This document shows positions 40,901 through 49,972 of a stretch of DNA of 64,000 bases, in pieces. The stretch covers positions 2,596 through 66,595 of the forward strand of contig JALNYN010000007.1 of assembly GCA_023229825.1 (NCBI GenBank), in the 5' to 3' direction. Positions within the stretch are counted from its first letter, which is position 1. Every line of letters starts with the position of its first letter. The notes under the pieces were generated by a model, which did not search any database, was not told the DNA's origin, and saw only the letters and a program-made list of their open reading frames with translations. The position numbers and the translations under genes were made by a program. The stretch comes from Minisyncoccota bacterium (GTDB taxonomy: Bacteria > Patescibacteriota > Minisyncoccia > Phycocordibacterales > CAIJYI01).

Positions 40901-42488
40901 TCCGGCCGCATGGCTTCCCGCTGCCCTTACTGCCGAAGAAACACGCGATTTGTCGCAAAACATGCCTTCGATCTACAACCTGCTTCCTTCCTCAAAATAT
41001 TTCGCCTACACGGATGATCCGGTGGTAACATTTGACGACTCGCCACTGCTTGCTTCGTGGAGAACAAAATATGGAGCGCAAATTCATTCAAGTTTTTATC
41101 TTTCCAAATTTTTAACGGACCCGGCGAGAGAACCGCTTTTAACGAAAGAAGCGCTCAACGACCCGCCGATCGTAAATCCATTGTTGCTTGAAAAAGCCAA
41201 AACGCTACATACTGTTCTCGATTCTTGGATTCCTCCGGTAAATGTGCGAATATCTGAGATCATCGGATGGGGAGAAATGACCGCAAAGACGATCGAGTAC
41301 AAACAGGGAACGAAGGGTGTGTGTATTGAATGGAACGAAAACAACACTTGCAAAAAAGGGGAGCAAAGACCCGCTCTTGAATATGATGTTGCGGAAACAA
41401 TGGACGGCGACGGGACGGTGGTTGCTCCGAGCGCGCTCTATACGACGGGGTCGGAGAGGTGGTGGGTGGATTTGAAAAAGTATGATACACCTCTTACTCT
41501 TCAAAGAAAACATGCCGATATACTCGAAGTTCCCACCCTGCGAACTCACATTCAAAACGTCATTACTCGCACAGAAGGTTCTGTGTCACTTGATTTTATA
41601 AGCAGAAACAAACCGATAAACACAGAAGATCCAAAAACCCGCCTTCGCTTCACACTTCATTCGCCGCTGTCGATTTTAGTTTGTGATAACCTCGGAAATT
41701 GCACCGATCGAACGGAACAAAACATCCTCGAAAGCGATTACCGCGAATATGGTTCGCTGAAAATTATCGATGTTCCGAATACGTCGGATCTTCACCTTGA
41801 GCTGAAAGGAATTGCGCCTGGATCGTTTACTCTCAACATGCAAGAATTTATGGGCGATGCGGAAATCGCGAGTACGACCTTCGCCGGCATACCATCGCTC
41901 GCCGAAACAATCGCAACGCTCAATATTCCTGCAAACGGTGGAATTGCAGGTTCATCTCCGCTTTTGGTTGACGAAAACGGCGACGGAACGATTGACCTTA
42001 CACTTGCGCCAAAACTCGGTGAAGTGATTTTGCCTGATTTTACGTATCCAGAAGCGAAAATCTCCGTTGATCCAATAACAAAAGATCTGAAAATCGAAGG
42101 AATCGATGAAAATCCGACAACGGTTTCAAAAAACGGAAGCAATTATACGATTACCGATTCGTCGGGAAACACGACAACTCTCTTCTTTCAAAAAACCTTC
42201 ACCGCAAAGCGTCTCACTTTTGCAAAATTGACAGGTGTTCAATACGGAACAGATCCGAAAATATCACTCCCATCGTCTTCATTTCTGTATCTTTGGAATC
42301 CTGCTCTTATCAGTCAAACCATCTCGGTGAAAAAAGATTTCGTTATTGAAGCGATGTACAACAAGAAAAAAGACGAAACGACCGTTTGGATAAAAAAGGA
42401 AGGAGAGAAAACACAAAAACAGATATTCACGGGATTGAAGGTTGTAGAATTGACTGTGGACAAAGGGGTGGTGGGATATGAGATGTAG
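37983..42488 (+). CDS. Large secreted protein: repeated beta-helix modules + alpha/beta-hydrolase (LCAT/phospholipase-like) domain
   Basis: Signal peptide; three PV.FTS..DD..GDT repeats; FLPGIEASRL, PYDWR, SHSMGG nucleophile elbow, GDGTV, late His (KHADI). Confidence 0.85.
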   Translation: MKIKISLLTLAFFFAPSLVFASTPVWGTINSDTVWTAESGPYLVDFSIVPEGITLTVEEGTVVKFTGQRSMLEVSGNLVVSGTELSPVVFTSINDDSVGGDTGTGANEWGNILIKNGGVATIDHAEIRHGGWTGWLSSAAPSNIWNNGGNLTLTNSKISNAWTGITHSAGNTALTENIFTENNTGISVSGTGRVHFDHNNFFNNTGNVAWFDLTNGVSLTHSDNTAWGGTPGLVLAGEAGADYVFEKDGAPYVIDHFTVPAGKTVTARPGTAFKLLNPVSEIFISGTWNTEGTSDDPVYFTSIKDDTVLGDTNGDADSSQPANDDWEGIFVLEGGEANFDHAILRYGGYSGWLQSTMFSNISNNGGILNISNSEISRSWYGIHHEKGTTNIDSSTISQSSIGIYAGGTGSITINNNTFFNNDRPALLDLSSVILTNANNTAHGTGKKGLELGGAISVDQTLTKDLPYLIDHLTIPAGRTLTVRSGSVFKFLNNVSEMFVSGKMNVEGSGNEPVYFTSVKDDTVLGDTNGDADASQPTNDDWEGILVLSGGEANFDHSVLRYGGYSGWLQSYMASNISNDGGILNISHSDFSNSWFGIHHEKGTTTISQSSIHDNPGYGVYNGSAQTLNAENNYWGSVNGPTHPSNPLGTGDKVTDRVDFMPYLGFDPTVPVSVALTNGGETENDDLQDGKGVADKTQFTFSVVASENLVDIKLVTDSSDVGINPGQFFLYASGTEGVYSRALTFPKGHYRYHFEAVDGNGGVYRYPETEELKFTTGYSNVAFLPGIEASRLYGGTGEQLWEPEYFGNPSVLALDENGSSTRSDIYTKDVIDNAYLAFKGNIYSSFISSMNDLKSNGTIADWEPLPYDWRLSFDDILNNGAELSDGRIYYTGSLAATGTPYIIQEIRRLAATSDTGKVTIISHSMGGLVAKNLTVKLGTEESSKLIDQMIFIDSPQTGTPQTIGVLLHGFDQGLPAAWLPAALTAEETRDLSQNMPSIYNLLPSSKYFAYTDDPVVTFDDSPLLASWRTKYGAQIHSSFYLSKFLTDPAREPLLTKEALNDPPIVNPLLLEKAKTLHTVLDSWIPPVNVRISEIIGWGEMTAKTIEYKQGTKGVCIEWNENNTCKKGEQRPALEYDVAETMDGDGTVVAPSALYTTGSERWWVDLKKYDTPLTLQRKHADILEVPTLRTHIQNVITRTEGSVSLDFISRNKPINTEDPKTRLRFTLHSPLSILVCDNLGNCTDRTEQNILESDYREYGSLKIIDVPNTSDLHLELKGIAPGSFTLNMQEFMGDAEIASTTFAGIPSLAETIATLNIPANGGIAGSSPLLVDENGDGTIDLTLAPKLGEVILPDFTYPEAKISVDPITKDLKIEGIDENPTTVSKNGSNYTITDSSGNTTTLFFQKTFTAKRLTFAKLTGVQYGTDPKISLPSSSFLYLWNPALISQTISVKKDFVIEAMYNKKKDETTVWIKKEGEKTQKQIFTGLKVVELTVDKGVVGYEM

Positions 42489-42529
42489 GGTGGTATAATG
42501 GAAGGGTAAAAGAAGCATCAAAAAAATAT

Positions 42530-42940
42530 ATGACAAAAAAACAAAATTTATTTTATTCATTAATTCCAGTTACTCTCTTTATGTTTCTGGCGTGGCTACA
42601 ATCAGAGAGCTCTTGCTATGATATTATTTGGTGTAACAGATTATGGGGATTGATTAACGTGATTGGCATCTTCCTTTATATTTTTTTGGCGCATTTCCTC
42701 CTCTCCCTCATCACCTATAAACTTCGCGAAGAAACTTTCCGCACTTGGTTTCGTTTCGCTTGCGGTTTCGTTCCGCTTTCCATTTTTCTCATTTTTCTTG
42801 CTCGCAACAGCCACGGCGGTTCCATGGGGATTCCGAACATTTTGGATCAGGAAACCGTTGCGTTTCTTCTCTCTCTTTTGTTTCTCGTAATTTCCCTTAT
42901 TCTCATCCTCTACAAATCTTGGAACCTCCGAGGGAAGTAA
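42530..42940 (+). CDS. Small 4-TM membrane protein
   Basis: Hydrophobic ORF; own TGGTATAAT -10 box at ~42491-42499. Confidence 0.75.
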   Translation: MTKKQNLFYSLIPVTLFMFLAWLQSESSCYDIIWCNRLWGLINVIGIFLYIFLAHFLLSLITYKLREETFRTWFRFACGFVPLSIFLIFLARNSHGGSMGIPNILDQETVAFLLSLLFLVISLILILYKSWNLRGK

Positions 42941-43028
42941 TCTTGCTAAAAAAATCCACAAAAAGCGAGCCGATGGGTTCGTTTTTTTTGTTTGACGAAA
43001 ACGGAAATGTGAATCCTGATTACTACTT

Positions 43029-43481
43029 TTAACTATTTTTTTCTTCGTTCTTTTTCATTCTTGCCTTTATTAATTTCTTTATAAGGCCAACAGGAAGTTT
43101 TTTGTCGAGTGAAAAATGAACGGCGGATTTTGTGGTCGTGTAGCCGATCAGATCCTTCCCATGCTCCGCTACGACCGGAGGGGGAAGATATAATCCGATA
43201 TGATGTTTCGCGAGCGCAAACCACGCCAGCCGGCCGTGATACTTATAATACGGCATCTGATAGCTGAAACTTTCTTCTGCGCGAGGCGCGGCCTGTCGTA
43301 TAATTTTTCTCATCTCGGAGAGCTTCGGCTGCAATTCTTTCGGCGCATGTGAGATATACCGATCCACATCTTTCGATGAAGCCGAATTCTTTATTCGTCC
43401 GGGCCAGCAGATCGGACAAGGTCCGGGTCCCGTGTAAGAATGCCCGCGGCTGCAGATCTTTATTGCATTGTCTTTTTTCAT
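43029..43481 (-). CDS. DUF1801/YdhG-like protein with N-terminal Cys/His motif
   Basis: VDRYI, AEESFSYQMPYY, HIGLY, TKSAVHF...LP..LIKKLIKAR; N-terminal CSRGH...CPIC. Confidence 0.85.
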   Translation of the reverse strand: MKKDNAIKICSRGHSYTGPGPCPICWPGRIKNSASSKDVDRYISHAPKELQPKLSEMRKIIRQAAPRAEESFSYQMPYYKYHGRLAWFALAKHHIGLYLPPPVVAEHGKDLIGYTTTKSAVHFSLDKKLPVGLIKKLIKARMKKNEEKNS

Positions 43482-43566
43482 AGCAATTACCATTCTACCA
43501 CTTTGTAAATGAGCAATCTATCAAAATGATGAAGAGGTAAAAAGTGTCGTTACGTCCGGCGGTACA

Positions 43567-43760
43567 ACGTGGATCCCGGGTCCATCCTTCGCCAAGGCTA
43601 CGGCAAGGCACGGCGTTGCCCGGGATGACGACAGACAATTTTAAAGTCTTTTATCGTCATTCCGGACTTGATCCGGAATCCACGTCTGTCAGCTCACGTG
43701 GATCCCGGGTCCATCCTTCGCCAAGGCTACGGCAAGGCACGGCGTTGCCCGGGATGACGA
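43567..43760. repeat. Composite repeat cluster: two identical ~65-bp units around a GTCATTCC unit
   Basis: ACGTGGATCCCGGGTCCATCCTTCGCCAAGGCTACGGCAAGGCACGGCGTTGCCCGGGATGACGA at 43567-43631 and 43696-43760. Confidence 0.9.
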
Positions 43761-43817
43761 ATAGGTACGGAACAAAGAAAAAGCCCGACTTTGCAGCCGG
43801 GCCATAATTGAGGATCC

Positions 43818-45209
43818 TTATCCTCTTAAAGTTTTCAATACTTCCTGCATGGTTGCATTGGCATCGCCAAAGAGCATTCTGGTATTTTCCAATACGAACA
43901 GGGGATTACCCACGCCCGCATAGCCTGTCGCCATGCTGCGTTTCAGAACGATCGTGGTTCCGCCTTTCCAACATTCGAGCACCGGCATTCCGGCGATCGG
44001 GCTGTTTGGGTCATTGAGAGCCGAAGGGTTCACGATGTCGTTCGCTCCGATGACGATCGAAACATCGACATCGCCCCAATCATCATTGATCTCGTCCATC
44101 TCGTACACGATGTCGTACGGCACTTTCGCTTCCGCGAGCAGCACGTTCATATGTCCGGGCATCCTTCCCGCAACCGGGTGAATGCCGAATCCGACTTTTT
44201 TGCCTTTATCGCGCAAAAGTTTCGTGATCTCGTAGACCGTATGCTGAGCTTGCGCCACCGCCATTCCGTAGCCGGGAATGATCATGATGCTTTTTGCTTC
44301 GAGCAGCAATTGCGCGGTGTCTCCGGCAGAAACGCTTTGCACTTCGCCTTCGATCTCCGCCGCTTTTCCTCCGGTCGAACCGAAGCCCCCGGCTATTACG
44401 CTGATAAAGTGGCGGTTCATCGCACGGCACATGATGTAACTCAATATCGCGCCGCTTGATCCGACCAATGCACCGGTAACGATCAGAAGATCATTGCCGA
44501 GCATAAAACCGGTCGCTGCCGCCGCCCATCCCGAATAGCTGTTAAGCATCGAGATAACCACCGGCATATCCGCGCCGCCTATCGCCATGACCATATGCAC
44601 GCCGAGTACGAGCGCGATCGCGGTCATAATAAGCAGAACAACAAATCCTCCGTCGCTCTCAGCTTGTTCCAAAAACAACCAACCGAGGAAAACGGTCAGA
44701 ACGACCATTCCCAAATTCAGCCAATGACGAGCGGGAAGCGTTAAAGGTTTTCCGCCGATCCGTTCGCTCAGTTTTCCGAACGCAATGACCGAACCGGAAA
44801 AAGTAACGGCACCGATAAAAATGCCCAAATAAATTTCCAGTTCGTGGATCGTTTTTTCCGCGCCCGAAAGGCTCGCGGAATTATCCATGAAAGTGGCATA
44901 GGCCACGAGCACGGCTGCGAGACCGACCAAGCTGTGCATGATCGCGACGAGTTCCGGCATTTGCGTCATTTCGACCTTCAATGCGGCTCTTGTTCCGATC
45001 AATCCGCCGACAGCAAGCGCGGCGATCAAAACGCCATACGAGCTGACGGAAGCGCTGAACGCGGTCGCCGTAACAGCGATCGCCATGCCGATCATTCCGT
45101 AATAATTTCCTTTGCGCGCCGTTTCCTGACTGCTTAAACCGCTCAGGCTTAAGATGAAAAGAATGAAGGCGACAATGTATGATATGACAACTAAATTTTG
45201 CGACATCAT
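43818..45209 (-). CDS. pntB: NAD(P) transhydrogenase beta subunit
   Basis: [61 protein letters not shown]. Confidence 0.97.
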   Translation of the reverse strand: MMSQNLVVISYIVAFILFILSLSGLSSQETARKGNYYGMIGMAIAVTATAFSASVSSYGVLIAALAVGGLIGTRAALKVEMTQMPELVAIMHSLVGLAAVLVAYATFMDNSASLSGAEKTIHELEIYLGIFIGAVTFSGSVIAFGKLSERIGGKPLTLPARHWLNLGMVVLTVFLGWLFLEQAESDGGFVVLLIMTAIALVLGVHMVMAIGGADMPVVISMLNSYSGWAAAATGFMLGNDLLIVTGALVGSSGAILSYIMCRAMNRHFISVIAGGFGSTGGKAAEIEGEVQSVSAGDTAQLLLEAKSIMIIPGYGMAVAQAQHTVYEITKLLRDKGKKVGFGIHPVAGRMPGHMNVLLAEAKVPYDIVYEMDEINDDWGDVDVSIVIGANDIVNPSALNDPNSPIAGMPVLECWKGGTTIVLKRSMATGYAGVGNPLFVLENTRMLFGDANATMQEVLKTLRG

Positions 45210-45218
45210 CTTCTCCTC

Positions 45219-46778
45219 TTATTTCTTGAACATTTGGAGCATGCGGCGAGTGACCAAAAAGCCACCGAAAATATTGATCGCCGCTAAGAATATCCCCGCA
45301 CCCGCAAGAACGGCGACGGGAAGACTTAGACTCGATACCTGTATGATCGCACCGATGACAATAATACTGCTGATGGCGTTCGTCACGCTCATGAGCGGCG
45401 TATGCAGCGAATGCGAAACATTCCAGATAACCTGATAGCCCACAAAGCACGCAAGCACGAACACCGTAAAGTGCGTCATGAATGATGCCGGAGCATACAG
45501 CCCCAGTCCGTACATCGCAAGACCTGCGACCGCGTACGGCAGTAATGTTTTCAATACTTTTCGGAAGACAGAAGGTTTCTTCTCAGGTTTTTCCTCGGAA
45601 GGTTTCTTCTCGTCCGGTTTTGGAGTGACGCTGATCGTCGGAGGGGGAGGCGGCCAGGTGATCTTTCCTTCTTTTATAACCGTGGTTCCTCGTATGACCT
45701 CATCTTCCATATTGACGTTGATCTCTCCTTTTTTCTCGGGAGTGAGCTCGGTCAATAAATGCCGCAAGTTGGTCGCATACAATTGGCTTGATTGATTCGC
45801 GAGACGGCTCGGCAAGTTGCTGTAACCGATGATCGTTACGCCGTGTTTTACGACGACGGCATCTTTCTCGGTCAATTCGCAATTTCCGCCCTGTTCCGCG
45901 GCTAAGTCCACGACTATGCTGCCTTGGCGCATGGTGCGCACCATTTCTTCGGTGATGAGCTTCGGTGCCGGTTTTCCCGGAATAAGCGCAGTAGTGATGA
46001 TGATATCAACCTCTTTCGCTTGCTTGGCGAAAAGCGCCATCTCAGCTTCAATGAATTCTTTGGACATGGTTTTTGCATAACCGCCCGTGCCCGAACCTTC
46101 TTCTTTGAAGTCGAGCATCAAGAATTCCGCGTCCATGCTTTCTATCTGTTCTTTCACTTCCGGTCTCGTGTCGAATGATCTGACGATCGCGCCCATGCTT
46201 TTTGCCGCGCCGATCGCAGCCAACCCGGCCACGCCCGCGCCGATCACCAAAACTTTTGCCGGCGGAATTTTTCCCGCGGCGGTAATTTGCCCGGTAAAAA
46301 ATCGTCCGAAATGCTGCGCCGCTTCGACGACCGCACGATAACCGGCAATGTTCGCCATCGAGCTCAGAGCATCAAGCTTCTGCGCTCTCGAAATACGCGG
46401 AACGCTGTCCATCGCAAGTACCGTAACATGTTTCGCCGAAAGTTTCGCCATCAGGTCCGGATTTTGCGCCGGCCATATAAAGCTGATCAAACAGCGGCCG
46501 TCTACTAAAAGTTCCGTTTCGTCGAGCCCGAGTTCCGGATGATGTTCCGGCGCTCTGACTTTCATGACGATATCCGATCCGCTCCACAGAGCTTTCGCAT
46601 CGGCCACGATCGCAACGCCCGCTTTTTCATAATCCGCATCGGAAATATCCGCGCCCGTTCCGGCACCGCTCTCAAGCAATACCGAAAAGCCAAGCTTGAT
46701 CAGCTGCCCAGCCGATTCCGGCGTAAGTGCCACGCGTTTTTCATCAATATGAACCTCTCTAGGTACGCCAATTTTCAT
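45219..46778 (-). CDS. pntA: NAD(P) transhydrogenase alpha subunit
   Basis: MKIGVPRE, PRISRAQKLDALSSMANIAGYRA, GAGVAGLAA, LHTPLMSVTNAIS; GGAGG RBS. Confidence 0.97.
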   Translation of the reverse strand: MKIGVPREVHIDEKRVALTPESAGQLIKLGFSVLLESGAGTGADISDADYEKAGVAIVADAKALWSGSDIVMKVRAPEHHPELGLDETELLVDGRCLISFIWPAQNPDLMAKLSAKHVTVLAMDSVPRISRAQKLDALSSMANIAGYRAVVEAAQHFGRFFTGQITAAGKIPPAKVLVIGAGVAGLAAIGAAKSMGAIVRSFDTRPEVKEQIESMDAEFLMLDFKEEGSGTGGYAKTMSKEFIEAEMALFAKQAKEVDIIITTALIPGKPAPKLITEEMVRTMRQGSIVVDLAAEQGGNCELTEKDAVVVKHGVTIIGYSNLPSRLANQSSQLYATNLRHLLTELTPEKKGEINVNMEDEVIRGTTVIKEGKITWPPPPPTISVTPKPDEKKPSEEKPEKKPSVFRKVLKTLLPYAVAGLAMYGLGLYAPASFMTHFTVFVLACFVGYQVIWNVSHSLHTPLMSVTNAISSIIVIGAIIQVSSLSLPVAVLAGAGIFLAAINIFGGFLVTRRMLQMFKK

Positions 46779-46804
46779 GTACAACCTCCAATAAAATTTT
46801 GAAT

Positions 46805-46945
46805 TCGTCGTCATTCGTCGTCACATTTTGTCGTCATTCGTCGTCATTTTGTCGTCATTCTGAACTAGATTCAGAATCCACGTCCGTAGTCGTTCGCCGT
46901 CGTTCGTCGTCATTCCGGACTCGATCCGGAATCCACGTTCGTCGT
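46805..46945. repeat. Cluster of GTCATT repeat units and low-complexity CGTCGTCATT tandem copies
   Basis: Several TCGTCGTCATT copies plus GTCATTCTGAACTAGATTCAGAATCCACG and GTCATTCCGGACTCGATCCGGAATCCACG. Confidence 0.85.
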
Positions 46946-47294
46946 CTAAAACGTCCTAACACATGGTTTTCCTCGTTCGTAATTTTGATAAATGGAAATA
47001 CGTGTTTCCTTTTTGACAAAGTGCAATCAAGAAACATCCGCTACCAAACTACCGCATTATGTATGTTTCGTCAACATTGAAATTTGGTGAAATAAGTGGT
47101 GTTGTTCTTTATTCACCAAGTTAATTATTTCATTGTAAAAGCGGTCTTTTCGGAGTATTATTTTAATAATTCAAGGTTTTTCTTTGCGAGGAATTATAAT
47201 ACGAATTTACAGATGAAAATAAAAAATCGGAAAAATTCGCAAAAACATAGATGTTGCCGGAAATGAAGATTTAACTTTTTAGTCAAAATTTATT

Positions 47295-48146
47295 ATGAAA
47301 AGATCAAATTCAATAATACTATTTAATCAAAAACAAATTCGCCGTGTGTGGGATGAAGAAAAAGAACTTTGGTATTTTTCGGTAATTGATACGATCGGTG
47401 TGTTAAGCGAAAGTCAAGACCCGAGAAATTATTGGAAAGTGTTAAAAATTCGCTTAAAACAAGAAGGAAACGAGTCGGTTACAAAATGTAACCAACTGAA
47501 AATGCAGTCATCAGACGGTAAATATTATCTTACCGATGTTGCCGACACGGAAACGATGTTTCGCCTTATCCAATCAATTCCTTCTCCGAAAGCGGAACCA
47601 TTCAAGCTCTGGCTTGCGAAAGTTGGATATGAAAGGATGGAAGAAATGGAAGATCCGGAACTTTCTTTTGATCGTGCAGTGAAAACATACTTACAGAAAG
47701 GATACTCCGAAAAATGGGTGAATCAAAGGATCAAAAGCATTGAGGTGCGGAAAGATCTGGTTACCGAATGGGGAGAACGCGGAATAAACGAAAATTCAGA
47801 ATATGCCTTATTAACCGACGAGATTACGCGAGCATGGGCGGATAAAAGCGTGAAAGATTATAAAAAATTTAAGGGATTGAAAAAAGAAAATCTCCGCGAC
47901 AATATGACGAATCTTGAATTGGCTTTGAATACGCTTGCGGAAGTTTCCACAACGGAAATCTCCAAAAAGAAAAAACCGCAAGGGTTGGCAAGCAACAAAC
48001 AAGTCGCGCGTGCAGGAGGGCTTGCTGCGAAAAAAGCGAGGATCGAGATCGAAAAACAGATAGGCGAAAGCGTGATTACACCAAGAAATGCAAAAATTTT
48101 AATGAGTAAACAAAATCCGGCTTTATCGGCTAAAAATAAGAAATAG
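47295..48146 (+). CDS. Bro-N domain DNA-binding protein
   Basis: IRRVWDEEKELWYFSVID, PRNYWKVLK.RL, RLIQSIPSPKAEPFKLWLA, NLRDNMT.LEL. Confidence 0.9.
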   Translation: MKRSNSIILFNQKQIRRVWDEEKELWYFSVIDTIGVLSESQDPRNYWKVLKIRLKQEGNESVTKCNQLKMQSSDGKYYLTDVADTETMFRLIQSIPSPKAEPFKLWLAKVGYERMEEMEDPELSFDRAVKTYLQKGYSEKWVNQRIKSIEVRKDLVTEWGERGINENSEYALLTDEITRAWADKSVKDYKKFKGLKKENLRDNMTNLELALNTLAEVSTTEISKKKKPQGLASNKQVARAGGLAAKKARIEIEKQIGESVITPRNAKILMSKQNPALSAKNKK

Positions 48147-48185
48147 GCATGTCAATCCAAATTTTAACAGACAAAGGTAAAATTT

Positions 48186-48377
48186 ATGGAGGTCGATAAA
48201 AAATTACGAAATAAATATTTTTACGAAAGACCGAAACTTGTAAATAGAGCTCGGTGTAAAAATTATAACCCAGAAAAAGGATGCTTGTATTGCGGAAGCA
48301 AAACTTTTCGTTTTTATTCCAGTGTTTATGGTAAAAAATATTATCAGTGCGAAAAGTGCCACGGAATAAATCATTGA
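48186..48377 (+). CDS. Small zinc-ribbon hypothetical protein
   Basis: CLYCGS...YQCEKCH; AAGG upstream. Confidence 0.5.
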   Translation: MEVDKKLRNKYFYERPKLVNRARCKNYNPEKGCLYCGSKTFRFYSSVYGKKYYQCEKCHGINH

Positions 48378-48395
48378 GATCAAAGAGCGATCCGT

Positions 48396-48421
48396 AATAA
48401 AGGGGACAGCCACCATTGTTT
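48396..48421 (+). repeat. Orphan copy of the RAYT-flanking repeat
   Basis: AATAAAGGGGACAGCCACCATTGTTT matches 51938-51964 and the reverse complement of 52686-52712. Confidence 0.9.
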
Positions 48422-48543
48422 GTTAAAATATGTGTTGTAATTTATTTATAAAAAAGAAAAACGCCAACTTAACTTGTGGGGTATTTTATTTTTGCATATA
48501 TTTCTATCCCCTCTCTTGGCATCCGTGATATAATGGAAGACAT

Positions 48544-49098
48544 ATGAACATCTTCGACATATTTCTCACGGGGTTCAGCCTTTCGCTTGATGCGGTGGCT
48601 ATCGCTGTGGCGGCGGGGGCGTTGCATAAGATCGATCTTCGGCATGCGGTGAAGATCGCGGTGTTTTTTGGCGGGTTTCAAATGTTCATGCCGCTTATCG
48701 GATGGATGGCCGGTTTGGGGTGGAGCGGATATTTGGAATCTTATGGAAATATGATCGGGTTCGTTCTTCTCTTTGCTGTCGGGCTGAAAATGCTTTTGGA
48801 GACGTTCAAGAAAGAAACAAAAGAAGAGGTCAAACAAGAAAAACATCTGGCGGAAACCAAAACGCTCACCATCATGGCGGTCGCGACGAGTATCGATGCT
48901 CTCGTCGTCGGGATAACTTTCAACTTCGTTCCCGTCAATATCCCGCTTGCGGTCGGTATCATCGGAGCCGTCACGTTCGTCCTATCCCTCGCCGCCGTTT
49001 ACATCGGAGAAAAATTCAAACGCATCATCGGCAAAGAGATCGAATGGCTGGGCGGCCTGGTCTTGATCGGCCTTTCCATAAAAATTCTGTTAAGCTGA
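48544..49098 (+). CDS. mntP: Manganese efflux pump MntP family
   Basis: SLSLDAVAIA, FGGFQMFMPLIGW, ATSIDALVVG, GGLVLIGLSIKIL. Confidence 0.9.
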   Translation: MNIFDIFLTGFSLSLDAVAIAVAAGALHKIDLRHAVKIAVFFGGFQMFMPLIGWMAGLGWSGYLESYGNMIGFVLLFAVGLKMLLETFKKETKEEVKQEKHLAETKTLTIMAVATSIDALVVGITFNFVPVNIPLAVGIIGAVTFVLSLAAVYIGEKFKRIIGKEIEWLGGLVLIGLSIKILLS

Positions 49099-49281
49099 TA
49101 AAATTAAAATAATTAAAATATCCAGAACCTCCAAAATTTGCGATTAAAACCGCTAGTTGGCGGTTTTGCTTTTAATTACAGTATTCCTCTTCTATTGTTT
49201 GTTTATTGCAGTACCTAAATTACATCTATTTCTGGGGAGCATTGTTTAGACAATATTCTCTTTTTTAGATATACTTTCATT

Positions 49282-49893
49282 ATGGAAAAACAACAAATAC
49301 TTGTCATTCACGGAGGAAATGCTTTTACTACCAACGAACAATATATCAATTCTCTCCAAAATTCACGCTTGGATCTAGACAAATTGCGAATGAAAAAAGA
49401 TTGGAAAGATTCGCTTCAAGAAAAACTCGGGGGAGCTTTTGATGTCCTTCAACCGAGGATGCCGAACGCTTCCAACGCACAATATGAGGAGTGGAAATTA
49501 TGGTTTGAAAAAGCGGCAGTATTGCTGGATGACGACATTATTCTTGTAGGGCATTCGCTCGGCGGAATTTTCCTTGCCAAATATCTTTCAGAAAATGATT
49601 TTCCAAAAAAGATCAAAGCAACATTCTTGATTTCGGCCCCCTTTAGCAATGGGGAAGATGAACCTCTCGGCTCATTTGTTTTGTCGAAACCATTAAAAAA
49701 AATGGAGAAACAAGGAGGAAAAATTTTCTTGTATCACAGTAAAGATGACAAGGTTGTACCTTTTACCGAAGTAAAAAAATACATAGATCAATTGGCTGGA
49801 GCGACCACTCATTTCTTTGAAGATCGCGGTCATTTTAATCTGGAAAGTTTTCCGGAATTGATACAGGAAATACAAAATATCTCCAGCTATTGA
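49282..49893 (+). CDS. RBBP9/YdeN-family alpha/beta hydrolase
   Basis: IHGG, MPN, GHSLGG, HSKDDKVVP, GHF; leaderless TATACT 6 nt upstream. Confidence 0.88.
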   Translation: MEKQQILVIHGGNAFTTNEQYINSLQNSRLDLDKLRMKKDWKDSLQEKLGGAFDVLQPRMPNASNAQYEEWKLWFEKAAVLLDDDIILVGHSLGGIFLAKYLSENDFPKKIKATFLISAPFSNGEDEPLGSFVLSKPLKKMEKQGGKIFLYHSKDDKVVPFTEVKKYIDQLAGATTHFFEDRGHFNLESFPELIQEIQNISSY

Positions 49894-49972
49894 AATTTTT
49901 GACATATTAGGATAATGTGTCTTTTATAGGTTCTTTTTAAGACCAAAATTTATATAGAAAGGAGAATAATCA

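Noticed and set aside
43567-43760. Possible CRISPR array
   Set aside because: Only two ~65-bp units, the intervening sequence is itself a repeat-family member, and there are no cas genes.
47295-48377. Prophage, suggested by the Bro-N gene and the holin-family gene at 9108
   Set aside because: No structural, terminase or integrase genes are present, and both families occur commonly outside phages.
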